The translations under genes were made by a program, and so were the position numbers. A DNA stretch of 64,000 bases from Mobula hypostoma (lineage: Eukaryota). The notes beneath the pieces were generated by a model. That model ran no database searches. It was not told the origin of the DNA and saw only the letters and a program-made list of their open reading frames with translations. Shown in pieces: positions 38,762-51,602 of this stretch. The first letter of the stretch is position 1, and every line of letters begins with the position of its first letter. Where the stretch lies: the NCBI RefSeq assembly GCF_963921235.1, contig NC_086097.1:8370001-8434000 (forward strand). The letters are read 5' to 3'.

Positions 38762-40770
38762 AAACAGTAGCCTCTATATCTTACAGAGAAAGGTGTGAGA
38801 AACAAAAAAAAAAAAATCCAGTCACTGGCAGTTCTGTGACCAAAACAGTGTCTTCACTGTGAAAGACACTAGCAGTGTGACAGATGTTGAAGTATGTTAG
38901 AGAAGAGAAGTGAGCGCAGTTATTATTCCAAGGGAGAAGGTGCTCAAAAAGCTGAAAGACCTAAGGGTATATAAGTCACCCGGACTAGATGAACTGCACC
39001 CTAGGGTTCTGAAAGAGGTAGCGGTAGAGATTATGGAGGCATGAGCAATAATATTTAAAAAATCATTGGACTCTGGCATGGTACCAGACGACTGAAAAAT
39101 TGCAAAAGTTACTCCACTATTTAAGAAAGGAGCAAGGCAGCAGGAAGGAAATTATAGACCAGTTAGCCTGACCTCAGTGGTTGGGAAGATGTCAATTGTT
39201 GAGGATGAGGTGATGGAGTACTTGGTGACACAGGACAAAATAGGACAAAGACAGCATGGTTTCCTTCAGGGAAAATCCTGCCTGATGAACCTGCTGGAAT
39301 TCTTTGAGGAGATTAGAAGTACGATAGGTAAAGGGAATGCAGTGAATATTGTATTTTTGGACTTTCAGAAGGCCTTTGACAAGGTGCCATGCATAAGGCT
39401 GCTGACCAAGTTAAGAGTCCGTGTTGTTACTGGAAAGTTACTGACATGGTTAGAGCATTGGGTGATTGGTAGGAGGCAGTGAGTGGGAAAAAAATGATCC
39501 TTTTCTGGTTGGCTGCCAGTGACTAATTGTGTTCCGCAGGGGTCGGTGTTGGGACCACTTCTAGTTATGCTGTACATTAACAATTTAAATGATGGAATAG
39601 ATGGCTTGTTGTACAGTTTGCAGATAATACGAAGATTTTTGGAGGGGCAGGTAGAGTTGAGGAAACATGAAGGCTGCAGAAAGACTTTGACAGATTAGGA
39701 GAATGGGCAAGGAAGTGGCAAATGAAATACAATGTTGAAAAATGCATTGTCATGCACTTTGGTAGTTGAAAGTAATGTGCAGACTATTTTCTTAACAGGG
39801 AGAAAATTCAAAAATCTGAGATGCAAAGGGACTTGTGTGTCCTTGTGCAGAACACTCTAAAGGTTACCTGGCAGGTTGAGTCAATGGTAAGGAAGACAAA
39901 TGCAATGTTAGCATTCTTTTAAAGAGGTTTTGAATACAAGAGCAAGGATGTGATGCTGAGGCTCTATAAGGCACTGGTGAGGCTGCACCTTAAGTATTAT
40001 GAATAGTTTTGGGCTCCTTATCTCAGAAAAGATGTACTGGCATTGGAGAGGGTTTAGAGGAGGTTCAGAAGGGTGATTCCAGGAATGAAAGTGTTATCAT
40101 ACGAGGAATGTGTGATAGCTCTGGGTTTGTACTCACTGGAATATAGAAGGATGGAGGAATCTCATTGAAACCTTTCGAATGTTGAAAGGCCTAGACAGAG
40201 TAGATGCACGAAAGATGTTTCTCATGGTGGGGGAATCTAGGACAAGAAGGCACAGCCTCAGGATAGAGGGGCATTCATTTAAAACAGAGATGTGGAGAAA
40301 TTTATTTAGCTAGATGTTGGTGAATTTGTGGAATTTATTATTACAAGCAGCCTTGCAGGCCAGGTCGTTAGGTGTATATAAGGCAGAGATTGATAGGTTC
40401 TTGATTGGACATGACATCAAAGGTTACAGGGAGAAGGCCAAAGAATGAGGCTGAGGAGGGGGACAAAGGATCAGCCATGATTGAATGGTGGAGCAGACAC
40501 AATGGGCCAGATGGCCTAATTCTGCTCCTATGTCTTATGGTCTGAAATTGCCTTGTTAATGAAAGAGATCAGAGGAGAATGGCAAGACAGGAAGGTGACA
40601 ATAACTCAAGTAATTACACGTAACAACAGTGGTGTGCAGAAGAGCATCTCTGAACGTACAACATGTAAAACCTTGAAGTAGATAGGCTACAGCGGCAGAA
40701 GACCACAAACATGCACTCAGTTGCCAATTTAATAGGTACAGGAGGTACCTAATAAAGTGGCCAATGAGTG
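38762..40770 (+). mobile_element. Tc1-derived element (3' half) split by a CR1
   Basis: Pieces 38762-38845 and 40545-40770 join collinearly; ends with TIR followed by TA. Confidence 0.7.
38846..40543 (+). mobile_element. CR1 LINE RT region, degraded
   Basis: QHGFLQGKSC..FLDFQKAFDKVP, VPQGSVLGP, FADNTK; cttatggtct tail. Confidence 0.9.
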
Positions 40771-41839
40771 TAGGCTGTTTGTATGTACATGTAGTTGCTT
40801 GAGTGCATAAAGGTGTGGTAAGTGTTGGGGTGGAAGTCTTGATTGGCCTGGCGGCTTAGGGCAAGTAATATCCAACTCAGACTGTATTCCCACGTCACTT
40901 GCAAGATGACATGCCACTTTTGTTGTCCTTGTCACAACGGTGGACACTACCATGGAGTCTGGGCACTGTAGCAGCTGGTCAGCTGAAAGAAGGCAGTAAT
41001 CACTCTTGTGAGAACGCATACAATCCAGACAACTAGGGCACCTTTGTAATTAAGTTTCAATTGAAGCACAGAAATGACAACACTCCCTGCATACCTAGTC
41101 TGTGTTCCGGGAAAGAAGATTAGTGATTTAAACAGATGCTGCTAAAGGATTCAATTCTAGGTTATTGCTTTTAAGCCACAGTGACGCCATTAGTTTTTAG
41201 TTAGTTTGAGAGTTTTAGTTAGTGGCCCCTTTGGCTTATGTTTATTATTTTTGATTGTCTGATCATTTCTTATTAAAACTCACTGAACTGTTCATTCTAT
41301 GTCTGTGTCTCTCCCTCTGCACTTCAACCATCACTGAATTCCTGCTAGTTCTTCGAAAACATGGCAGAACTGAGGACTGATCAGGAGCAACTGTAGACTC
41401 TGCTGGTTTGACCACTGCCTTGAGGGACACATGCTGTAAGTCCTTGCCTAATCCTGAATCTCTGCCAATCAAAGTTGCTATTATTTTGTAAATATCCAAC
41501 TGGTATGCTTCTTGTGAAAAGGAGCAGTGGCCAAACTTGTAAATTATTTTGGTTCGCACCACCTCTCCAACATTTTACACTTTCCTTCACTCTCATTGCT
41601 TGAGAAAGAAGCTCTGTGAGAGCCTTATCCATTTGGCAGTCACCCATTCTAGCCTTGCTGGACAGCTAATGTCTCCTAAGATAGTCTCTTTCAAGCTGAC
41701 GTCATTTTCTAAGGACCAAGGATATGCTTTCAACCTGCAGACCATGGCTCCAGTGCAAACTGTTAATCATAAGCAAATCCCTGAGACAAAAGGAAAGGAT
41801 GTGCATTTTTCTGAGTGTTTTTCTAAAGATCGGGTGCTT

Positions 41840-42270
41840 ACCAGAAATAATTTCTCCCTTCCCCCTTCCCTCTTCTTCAATTCCTCACCCTGGCTCACCT
41901 CTTCTCTTCTTCTCACCTGCCTATCTCCTCCCATCTGGTTTCCCTCCTCCTTCCCTTTCTCCCATAATCCACCCTCCTCCCCGATCAGATTCTATCTTCT
42001 TTGGCGATTTCACTTTTTCACCTATCACCAGCCAGCTTCTTATTTCATTACACTCTCCAATCACCCATCTGGCTTCACCTATCACCTTTTAGCTTGTATT
42101 CCTTCCCCTTCCCCTACATCCTTATTCTGGCTTCCTCCCCCTTACTTTCCAGTCTTGATGAAGGGTCTCGGCCTGAAGCGTTCCCAAAGATGTTGCCTGA
42201 CCTGTTGAGTCCCTCCAATATCTTGTTTGTGTTACTCTGCATTTCCAGCATCAATGGAATCTCTTGTGTT
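41840..42270 (+). mobile_element. Old Penelope-like 3' remnant
   Basis: Polypyrimidine tract, decayed hammerhead at about 42151-42185, pLTR tail. Confidence 0.75.
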
Positions 42271-42602
42271 TATTCCCAGACATAATAGCTGAACTTGAGA
42301 AAATTCAAAGGTTTTTGAAATGAATTCAAATAAAGATGAATGACAATTCATCGGAGCAGAGTGTTGTGATTCTCAAGCACTAACTCTGCAGAAAACCACT
42401 GGCGTTTGGGGCTTTGAGGTATTGTGGATTCCAGGAAAGAGTCATGAAATATAGAAGTCCATGATGGACTGGAAGTCAGATACTGGTTCATTCGATCTCC
42501 TTTGCCACCATTTGACTCAGCACTGAACCAAGCAATGGAGAACTGACGTTTCAGAGAGGAGGTCTGAGTGAATTGAGGTCACAGATTCTATGGAAAGCAC
42601 AT

Positions 42603-43032
42603 ACTTAATAACTTACTGCCCATTACATCGCTGGTATTCAGGGCAACAATGAAGGTCCTCCATCTTTGGTGGAGTTCAGGTCTTCTTTCATCGTATCAGT
42701 GGCTTCCTCTGAGTTTTCATTACTGTCAGTCATGCAATTTCTGAGTAGAGACTCAGGAATGCCATTACACTCAGATCTAGAAGGATCCTTCGTTGATGTT
42801 TCCGTAACAATTTTGTTTTACCAATCAGGGTTGTTAGCCCATAGCTGAACCCCCAAACCTGGAGGACCGGTGGACCACTCTTAGTCTGGCCTCTACCCTT
42901 TGACCTGTTTGGCATGGGTGACCCTACCAGGAGCTAAAGCATAAAGCCCTTATTCCATGCAACATAGCTACCTGGGTCATTGAGGTATGCAAGCCTCCAA
43001 GCCATGACAAGGTTGTGGTTCTCTTGGAGGGG
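42603..43032 (-). mobile_element. Second RTE-like non-autonomous family
   Basis: Collinear copy at 56157-56583. 5' accacaaccttgtc and (TAAG)-type tail resemble RTE termini (recall). Confidence 0.6.
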
Positions 43033-43789
43033 AAAGCAGATAAATGTTTGTTATTTCACATTATTTTAATGGGTTTAATGAATTGCTAGTAGTTTAAAAT
43101 GTTTTCATTGAATATACAACATTTAAAATTATTTATATCTGTTTAAGTATGTGCATCTGTTAGTTAGATTATTCAAAACATTTAAAGAGAGTTTATAATG
43201 CTTTTCGGCTATCAAGGAACATCAGAACAATGCAGTAGCATGACCTCAGTACATAACATCTGCTCACCACTTCAACCCTGCTTTGTCTTGTGAGACACAG
43301 GAAAGGTCTTGAGTTCAACAAGTCAGCTGAATTAACCCTTCACATCTGGAGATAGGGTGTTGAGTCGCTTGGGTGGGCAAGTGAAGCATGGGCAGTGAAT
43401 GCAGGCAGTGGCTGACCCAGACCAATGAAATATTCCCGCACTGACACGTATTCCACGGCGACCTGTTAGCTAAACCATTGTGAATGCATTTGTAACAAAC
43501 ATATATGAGGGGATGTTGAATCAGAATGACACATTGATGTAACAGGCTGAAATGCTGCTCCAGTAATCCTGACCTTCAAGAGTTTGACCCTCACTGGCTA
43601 TGGGCGACTTTGCTCGTTTCACCCACACGCCACCCCTCCCCCACCTGATGCCGCATGGAATTCCACCAGGGGAATCTGGTTTCATTCCACATTCCTTACA
43701 TGTGCTACTTAAAATGTTTATTGAACACTGTATATGTCCCCAAATGTGTAAATGAGTGGTCAGATCTAATGCGAGCAGTGTTTCCCAGT

Positions 43790-44620
43790 AGCCAACTAGT
43801 TTATTAGAATTCCCTCTTCCCACTCCAACATCTCAGTCCGTGCTTCTTCTTCTTCCATGATGATACCACACTCAATTTAGAGGAGCAACACCTCATATTC
43901 CATTGGGGTAGCCTCCAACCTGATGGTGTGAACATTAAATTCTCCAACTTCAGCTAAATTATCTATCTGCCCTTTCCCTCTTCAATTGCCCACTCTGATG
44001 ACATGAAAACCAATTTCTCCAACTTACAGTAATTTTTCCCCTTCCTTTTTCTCTTCTTCAATTCCTCGCTCTTACTTCACCCTCTTCCTCTTTTCTTCTC
44101 TTCAGCTGCCTATCCCCTGGACCCCCCCCCCCTTCCATTTCTCCAATGATCCACTCCCCTCTCTATCAGGTTGCTTCTGCTACAGAACTTTTATCTTTTC
44201 CACCTGTCACTTCCCAGCTTCTAACTTCATCCTCCCTCCTCCACCTACCTGGTTTCACCAATCACCTTCTAGCTTGTACTTCTTCTTCGCCCACCTTCTC
44301 ATTATTACTTCCTCCCCTTTCCTTTCCAGACCTGAAGAGGGGTCTCATCCTGAAACATTAACAGTTTACTTATTTCCATAGATGCTGCCTGACCTGCTGA
44401 GTTTCTTCAGCATTTTGAGCGCATTGCTCTGGATTTTCAGTATCTGCAGAATCTGTTATGTTTGATGTCTATTATAAACCCACTGAGTTTCACAGCTACC
44501 TAGACTACACCTCTTCCCTACCTGTTACTTGTAAAAATGTTATCCTCTTCTCTTAATTCCTCTGTCTCCACTGGATCTGCTCTCAAGATGAGGCTTCTCA
44601 TTTCAGAATAAAGGAGATTT
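43790..44620 (+). mobile_element. Old Penelope-like remnants (GIY-YIG end, pLTR, RT-thumb fragment)
   Basis: LEEQHLIF-encoding sequence near 43880, decayed hammerhead at about 44327-44365, YYKPT..SYLDYTSS fragment 44470-44620. Confidence 0.75.
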
Positions 44621-45030
44621 TCTCTTGTTAGTGATCTGCAGAATCTTTTGTGCTTATGTTGATGGAATGGTGGATAGAATAAAATGAGTTGGTGATGGAT
44701 TAATATCACACTGTGTGCTTGATGGTTGCACAGATTCGGTCAGTTACAGGGCCTGTTTCCTTTGGCATCTCCCTATGACTCTACAAACTGACCAATAGCT
44801 GCAATGAATAACCAACATACTATGTGACTCTGTGGACACTCGGGAGGAATTTCTTTAGCCAGGAAGTTTCATAGATTATTGATTGGTCAGGGCATGAAGG
44901 AATATGCAGAGAAAGCAGGAGATTGGAGCTGAGAGGGGAAGTGGATCAGATATGATGAATGGTGGAGAAGACTTGATGGGCCAAATGGCTAAATTGGCTC
45001 CTATATCTAATGTTCTATATCCCTCTAAGC

Positions 45031-45110
45031 CATGGATTCGCAATATTTTTTATGCAATGGACCCCCACCAGTAACAGAATGGTCTGTCGACGCCAGGCTG
45101 GGAACCCCTG
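45031..45110. mobile_element. Small hAT (Charlie-like) MITE
   Basis: Ends gggaacccctg with a degenerate left TIR. Imperfect 8-bp TSD ctctaagc / gtctaaac. Confidence 0.55.
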
Positions 45111-47134
45111 GTCTAAACCTTTCCTAGCCATGTGCAGTACCTGTCCAAAAATCTTTTAAATGTTATTAATTCATCTGCTTCTGTCACTTCTTCTGGGAGC
45201 TTATTCAGTATGTGACTGCCCTCTAGGTGAAAAAGTTGCCCCTCAGGTTTCTCTCCCCCCCCCCCGAGTGCAAAGTTCAAATTAATTACCCTGTATACAG
45301 TATATACCATATACAAACTTGAGATTCATCTCAAACCTATGCCCTGCAGCTCTTGATTTCCCACCCCTGAGTAAATAACAGTGCATTCACACTCTCTATG
45401 CCCCTCATGATTTTGAATTTAGGTTCATTCTTGCTTCTTGCTTAATGCTACTAAAATACATGTTAGATCTCTCATGGATCCCTGTAGATAATCATCAATT
45501 TATTCGCTACATTTCTATCACCTACTGTAATGATTCAATCAGTCTGTAAATGGACAAGAAATGGCAGTGTGGATGGTATCTTGACAAGGTTTATTGAGAT
45601 GGATAATGGTACTGGAGCAAAGAATCAAACTGTCTGAGCTGACAGTGTTCAGCCTTGCATTCAGTTCTACGACCCAGTATCCAAACAACATCTGGCTGCA
45701 AAACAAACCTTTTTTATCACTGACAGAAGGCTTAATTTTAGTGCTGTCACATTGACAGGAACCTATGGCTGCAGCTGGGTTTCTGACGAATTTGCGATCA
45801 AAATATGTGCAGGGCACAGACTCAGAATAGAGGGACGCCCCTTTAGAACAGAGATGAGGAAAAATTTCTTTAACCAGAAGGTCGTGTTTCCGTGGAATTC
45901 GTTGCCACAGACGGCTGTAGAGACCAAGTCATGGGATATATTTAAAACTGAGGTTGACATGTTCTTGATTAGTCAGGGAATCAAAGGTTGCAGGGAGAAG
46001 GCATGGAGTTATAGAAATGTGCAGCACAGAAAAAGGTTCTTCGGCCCATCTAGTCCATTCTGAAACCATTTAAAGTGCCTGCTCCCAACTGCCTGCACTG
46101 GAACCATGATCTTCCATACTCCAACCATATATGTAGCTATCAAAACTTCTCTTAAGCATTGAAATTAAGCTTGCATACACCATCTGCACTGGCAGCTCAT
46201 TCCACACTCTCACAACTTTTTTGATGAAGGTTTTCCACTCATGCTGCCCTCAAACTTCTTTTAGCTTTCATCTTAACCCATGATCTCCAGTTGTAGTCCC
46301 ACATAACTTCAGTGGAAAGAGTTTGCTTGCATTTACCCTTTCTATACCCCTCATAATTTTGCATACCTCTAGCAAATCTCTCCTCAATCTTCTATGTTCT
46401 AAGGAATAAAATCCTAACCTATTCAATCATTCCTTATAACTCAGGTCCTCCAGTCCTGGTAACATCCTTGAAATTTTTTTCTGTCCTCTATCAACCATAT
46501 TTATATCTTTCCTGTTGATAATAAAGCAGTCAGGATAGAATATTGGAGAAGACTCAATGGATGAATGGCCTAATTCTGCTCCTGTGTCTTAAAATCTGGA
46601 ATTTCTGCCTTAGCTGTGCACCCGCTAAGGACTGCAGCAATTCAAGAAGGCAGCTCGTCAACATCTTCGGAAGGTCAATTAGGAACTGACAATTGAGTAT
46701 GACCTCAGAGAGTGAAGACTCTCCTTTACTCCTTTACTGATAAATAAAATAAACCAGATTGATATACTACTCGGTCTTAAGAGAACCAAAGGATTATGGT
46801 ATAGTTATGGAAGTAGAAGAAAAGACATAACCTTGATGAATGGTGGAGGAGGTTTAAAAAAATTAAATGACCTATTCTTGCTTGTGCTTCTGATGTTCGC
46901 TATAGATTCCCAGGAGTCTGTAGGGACTTGCCTTTTGTCAAGGAGGCATCCTTCAAACTTTTCCAACACTCACCTGGTAACTTCTTTCTGTGCTGATTAG
47001 CTGGTCTGAGAAATATTCATTCACTGCTACTCGTTGACTTCTCTCACTTAGACTAGCTACTAGCACAGATAGAGCATCGGCTGATTGGAAGGAAGCAAAG
47101 AGAGAGATTAAATGGCGCCTTTTCAAGCAAAGAG

Positions 47135-47997
47135 TATACAGAGAGATTTAGACAGATTAGGAGAATGGGCAAAGAACTGGCAGATGGAATACAGTGTTCA
47201 GAAATATATATTCATGCACTTGGGTAGAAGAAATAAAAGTGTAAACTATTTTCTAAATGGAGAAAAAAAATCAAAAATCTGATATTCAAAGGGACTTGGG
47301 AGTCCTCAGGTAGGATTTTCTAGAGGTTATTTTGCAGGTTGAGTCAGTGGTGAGGAAGGCAAATGCAATGTTAGCATTCAGTTCAAGAGGACTAGAATAT
47401 AAAAGCAAGGATGTAACATTAAGGCTTAAAAAAGGCACTGATGGGGCCTCACTTGGAGTATTGTGAGCGGTTTTGGGTCCCTTATCTTAGAAAAGGTGTG
47501 CTGAAACTGGAGAGGGTTCAAAGGAGGTTAATGAACATGATTTCACAACTGAACGTCTTATCATTGGATAATCACAGGAGGAGTGTTTGATGGCTCTGGG
47601 CCAGTATTCACTGAAATTCAGAAGAATGAGGAGGTTCTCATTGAAACCTATCAAACGTTAAAAGGCCTTGAGAAAGAGGATGTTCCCAATCAGACCAGAG
47701 GACACCGACTCAGAATAGAAGAATGCCCTTTTAGAACCGAGATGAGGTGGAACTTCTTTGGCCAGAGAGTGGTGAATTGGTGGAATTCATTGCCACAGGC
47801 AGCAGTGGAGGCCAAGTCATTGGGTATATTTAAGGCAGAGGTTGGTACATGCTTGATTGTTCAGGGCACGTAGGGATACGGGGAGAATGCAGGAAGGTCT
47901 GAGAGGGAAATGGATCAGCCATGATGAAATGGTAGAGCAGATGTGATGGGCCAAATGGCCTAATTCTGTTCTTACATCTTTTATTCTTATGGTCTTA
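47135..47997 (+). mobile_element. CR1 3' fragment
   Basis: CR1 C-terminal motifs and tail. Further CR1 scraps at about 12735-13073, 15525-15873, 44845-46590, 52863-53415 and 53985-55030. Confidence 0.85.
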
Positions 47998-49847
47998 AAC
48001 ACACAGCATTTATATAAATCACTGTGAAGCCACTGTTGAATTGGTGTTTGGTGCCATGGATATCCTAACTTTTAAATCATAATTGACAAAATGTAAGAAA
48101 AGAACTCAGAGGAAATCAAAGCCTCAACACTGGAGTTCAGTCATATTTTGTGTGCTAAACATGTGAGTAACGAGGAGATCCCAATTAATCTTGTGAAATG
48201 AGGAACTCATTGTCTTGAGAAATGACAATCGAGTTCTACTCTATTCTAAAGTTGGAAGACCAACACATCAAGGTACTCTTCACCACACATTTATAGAAGT
48301 TTGTCAATATTTTACGTGTCATGCTGAATCTTTGCAAACTTCTAAAGAAGTAGAGATGGTGCTCTGCTTTCTTTGTAATTGCACTTCTGCGTTGAACCCA
48401 GGATGGTTCCTCTGAAATGATAACACCAAGGAATTTAAAGTTGCTGACCCTCCACTTCTGATTCCCCAATGAAGACTGGCTCATGGACATCCGGCTTCCT
48501 CTTCTGGAAATTAATAATCTTGCAGGCATTGTTGTTATGGCACCAGTCAGCCACATTTTCAATCTCTGTCCCATAGGCTGATTAATCACCCAACTTTAAA
48601 CTTTGAACTTTGAAGGTCTTGGCCTGAAATGCTGATTGTTAATTCATTTCCATAGATGTTGCCTGACCTGCTGAGTTCCTCCAGCATTTTGTGTGTGTTG
48701 CTCTAGTGTTACTTTGTTATTTTGCAAACATGTAAATGATGTATAATTTTGTAATTTAAGTTGATATTACTGTACATTTGTCCCTGTCTTCTAAGGTCTA
48801 TACTGCTGCCGCATTGAGGTAACTTTCACATCATTTATATCCTGTGCACGTACACCCACAAAAACAATAAAGTCTAAATTTTCTTGCTGTGGTGGGGGGG
48901 CCATGGACAGGGGGTTTCGGCTTTACAGAATTCTTACCAAGGCAGCCACAATTCAGCAGGATAAAGGGCTGCGTGGAGGTGAGGGAGAGTTCAAGATAGG
49001 GCAGACACATGGAACTGTCTGCATTTGCTTTCCTGAGCGCACGTCCCAGGGAAAACCCTTTCATCTGCTCGATGTCTTGCTGTGAGCTTGAGGCTTGATT
49101 TACTGCGAGATAAAAACAAAGCCATAACTTGTATAATATTGCTCCAATTCCCACCAGTACAATAGAAATGGGTGTCATGTACAGTGTATGTTTGGGAAAA
49201 AATAATCATTCTAAGATACGAGGAAGTCTGCAGATGCCGGAAATTCAAAGCAACACAAAGAAAATGCTGGAGGAACTCAGCAGGCCAGGCAGCATCTACA
49301 GAAATGAATAAACAGTCAATGTTTCAGGCCAAGACCCTTCATCAGGACTCAGAGAGAAAGGCGGGGGGGGTGGGGGCGGTGGCGTGGAAGATGCCTGGAC
49401 TAAAAGGTGGGGGGAGGGGAAAGAGGCTCACTGCGATGTGATAGGTGAACCATTCTAAGATGCCTGAAACTGTACAATGACTCTGCGGGTAGGACTGCAA
49501 ATTGAAATAGAGCTAAATAAGGCTTAGTTTAGATTTTAAGGTTTTATTTACTTTTATTTAGAGATACAGCGCAGTCAGACCCTGCCAGCCCAACGAGCTG
49601 CACAGCCCAGTAACCCGGGTGGAACTGTTACCTTCCAGCACCAGAGACCCTGGTTCACTCCTGATTTTGGGTGCCATGTTAGTGTAGCAGTTAGCACAAT
49701 ACTATTACAGCTTGGAACATCAGAGCTCGGAGTTCAATTCCAACGTCATTTGGAAGGGGTTTGTATGTTCTCCCTGTGGAATGCGTGGACTTCCTCTGAG
49801 TGCTTTGGCTTCCTCCCACAGTCCAAAGATGTATTGGTCAGTAGGTC

Positions 49848-49962
49848 ACTCTTCCTTCAGTTAGTCCTGACGAAGGGTCTCGGCCTGAAACGTCGACTGC
49901 ACCTCTTCCAAGAGATGCTGTCTGGCCTGCTGCATTCACAAGCAACTTTGATGTGTGTTGCT
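49848..49962 (+). mobile_element. Mini Penelope pLTR insertion in a V-SINE
   Basis: pLTR with intact hammerhead 49863-49898. It replaces about 10 nt of the SINE motif ggttaattggtcattg, i.e. a target-site deletion with no TSD. Confidence 0.8.
49863..49898 (+). ncRNA. Minimal hammerhead ribozyme
   Basis: agtcctgacgaagggtctcggcctgaaacgtcgact, intact. Confidence 0.8.
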
Positions 49963-50204
49963 TGTAAATTGTCCCATGATTAAGTTACAGTTAAATGGAA
50001 AGCTGCTGGGCAGTGCAGCTCGAAGGGGCTATACTGCTCTATATCTGAACACATAAATAAATAAATAAATACATACATACACATAAATAACCTACCTATT
50101 TAACACAGAGAACACCGGAATTGAACTCTGAGCTCCAACTCCCTATACTATAATAGCACTGTGCTAACTGTTAGGGAACCATAGCATACCCTTTCTGCTT
50201 ACCT

Positions 50205-50584
50205 GTTCAGTATGTGTCGTGTTGTATGACATGAGCAATCACGGTCTTTCCATGACCATGACTGTTCTTGGCATTTTTTTATTCTGCAGAAGTGGTTTGC
50301 TATTGCCTTCTTCTGGGCAGTGTCTTTACAAGAAGGGTGACCAGAACCATTATCAATACTCTTCAGAGATTGTCTGCCTGGTGTCAATGGTCGCATAACC
50401 AGGACTTGTGATCTGCAGCAGTAGCTCACATGACCATCCTCCAGTTGCTCCCATGGCTTCACGTGACCCTGATCGGGGGGCTAAGCAGGTGCTACACTTT
50501 GCCCAAAGGTGACCTGCAGGCTAGCGGAGGGAAGGAGTGCCTTACACCTCCTTTGGTAGAGACCCATCTGCACCTTGCCACCCC
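50205..50584 (-). mobile_element. RTE-derived bipartite SINE-like element
   Basis: Collinear with 16377-16787. Confidence 0.7.
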
Positions 50585-50835
50585 GTTTGCTACCATGTGC
50601 AAAAAAGATACAAGCAATGTAGTTTTTAGGATTGGGCGTTCTGGACAGAGGGCTCTAAATTTTCAAGCAAAACCTATGCAGCTATTTTAGTTCAAGATTC
50701 AAGAATTTTAAATTTAATTCCAAGTGCACAGGAGTAAAGGAGAACAAAATAATTGTTACTCTGGATACTACACAACACAAAAAAAAACACAATAAGATAG
50801 AGAATACAATTATAAAAAGTACACAGTAAATATAA

Positions 50836-50985
50836 GCAACACACATAAAAGTTGCTGGTGAACGCAACAGGCCAGGCAGCATCTATTGGACGAGGTACAG
50901 TCGACGTTTCGGGCCGAGACCCTTCATCAGGACTAACTGAAAGAAGAGCTAGCTTCCAGCATCTGCAGATTTCCTCGTGTTTGTG
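50836..50985 (-). mobile_element. Mini Penelope pLTR insertion with inverted tail
   Basis: pLTR on minus, followed by the inverted tail cttccagcatctgcagatttcctcgtgtttg. TSD ACA(G/A)TAAATATAA (50823-50835, 50986-50998). Confidence 0.85.
50899..50934 (-). ncRNA. Minimal hammerhead ribozyme (CTGATGA, GGCCC variant)
   Basis: Reverse complement agtc-ctgatga-agggtctcggccc-gaaa-c-gtc-gact. Confidence 0.75.
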
Positions 50986-51602
50986 ACAATAAATATAAAT
51001 ACATAAGATAGCTGGTGTACATAGATTGATTGTATATTCATGAAATGACACTAGGCCGTACACAAGGTGACATATGGGAAATAATAAAATAATGATGGAG
51101 TTAGTGGGTGAAGGTTTAAATCGGTCTTACTGCTGAGGGAAGTAACTGTTTTTGATTCTGGTAATCCTGGCATGGAAGCTACATAGACTTGTCCCTGAAG
51201 GGAGTAAGACAAACAGTCCATGAGCAGGGTGGGTGATATCTTTCAGGATGTTACTGACCCTCTTCTGGCACCTTTCAGTTTATATGTCCTTGATGGTGGG
51301 TAAACTGGTGCCGGTGATGTGTACGCCTGTTTTGACTATTCTTATAGAGCTTTGACCAGGGTAAACCAACATCTAGGGAGATATTGTCAAGGGTTTACAA
51401 AAGGTAAGTAAGGCTTTTTTGATGTACACAGATTGAAGCAAACTGTGATCACACATTTCGAAAGCACAGCTTGAAACAAGTAACTTTCATGTGAGGCTAG
51501 CATTCTGCACCTTGCATCATTTTATATTCTGTGGAGAAGAAATTCAGTCCAAGTGTAAAGTGGATTATGATATACTGCTACCTGAACTTCTGTTCAATGA
51601 TA

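Noticed and set aside
41263..41647. Minus-strand ORFs in unique sequence
   Set aside because: No recognisable motifs or clear splice signals; lengths compatible with chance.
50461..50584. HDV-like ribozyme at the 5' end of the RTE-derived SINE
   Set aside because: The pairings fit simple hairpins; no proper L3/P1.1.
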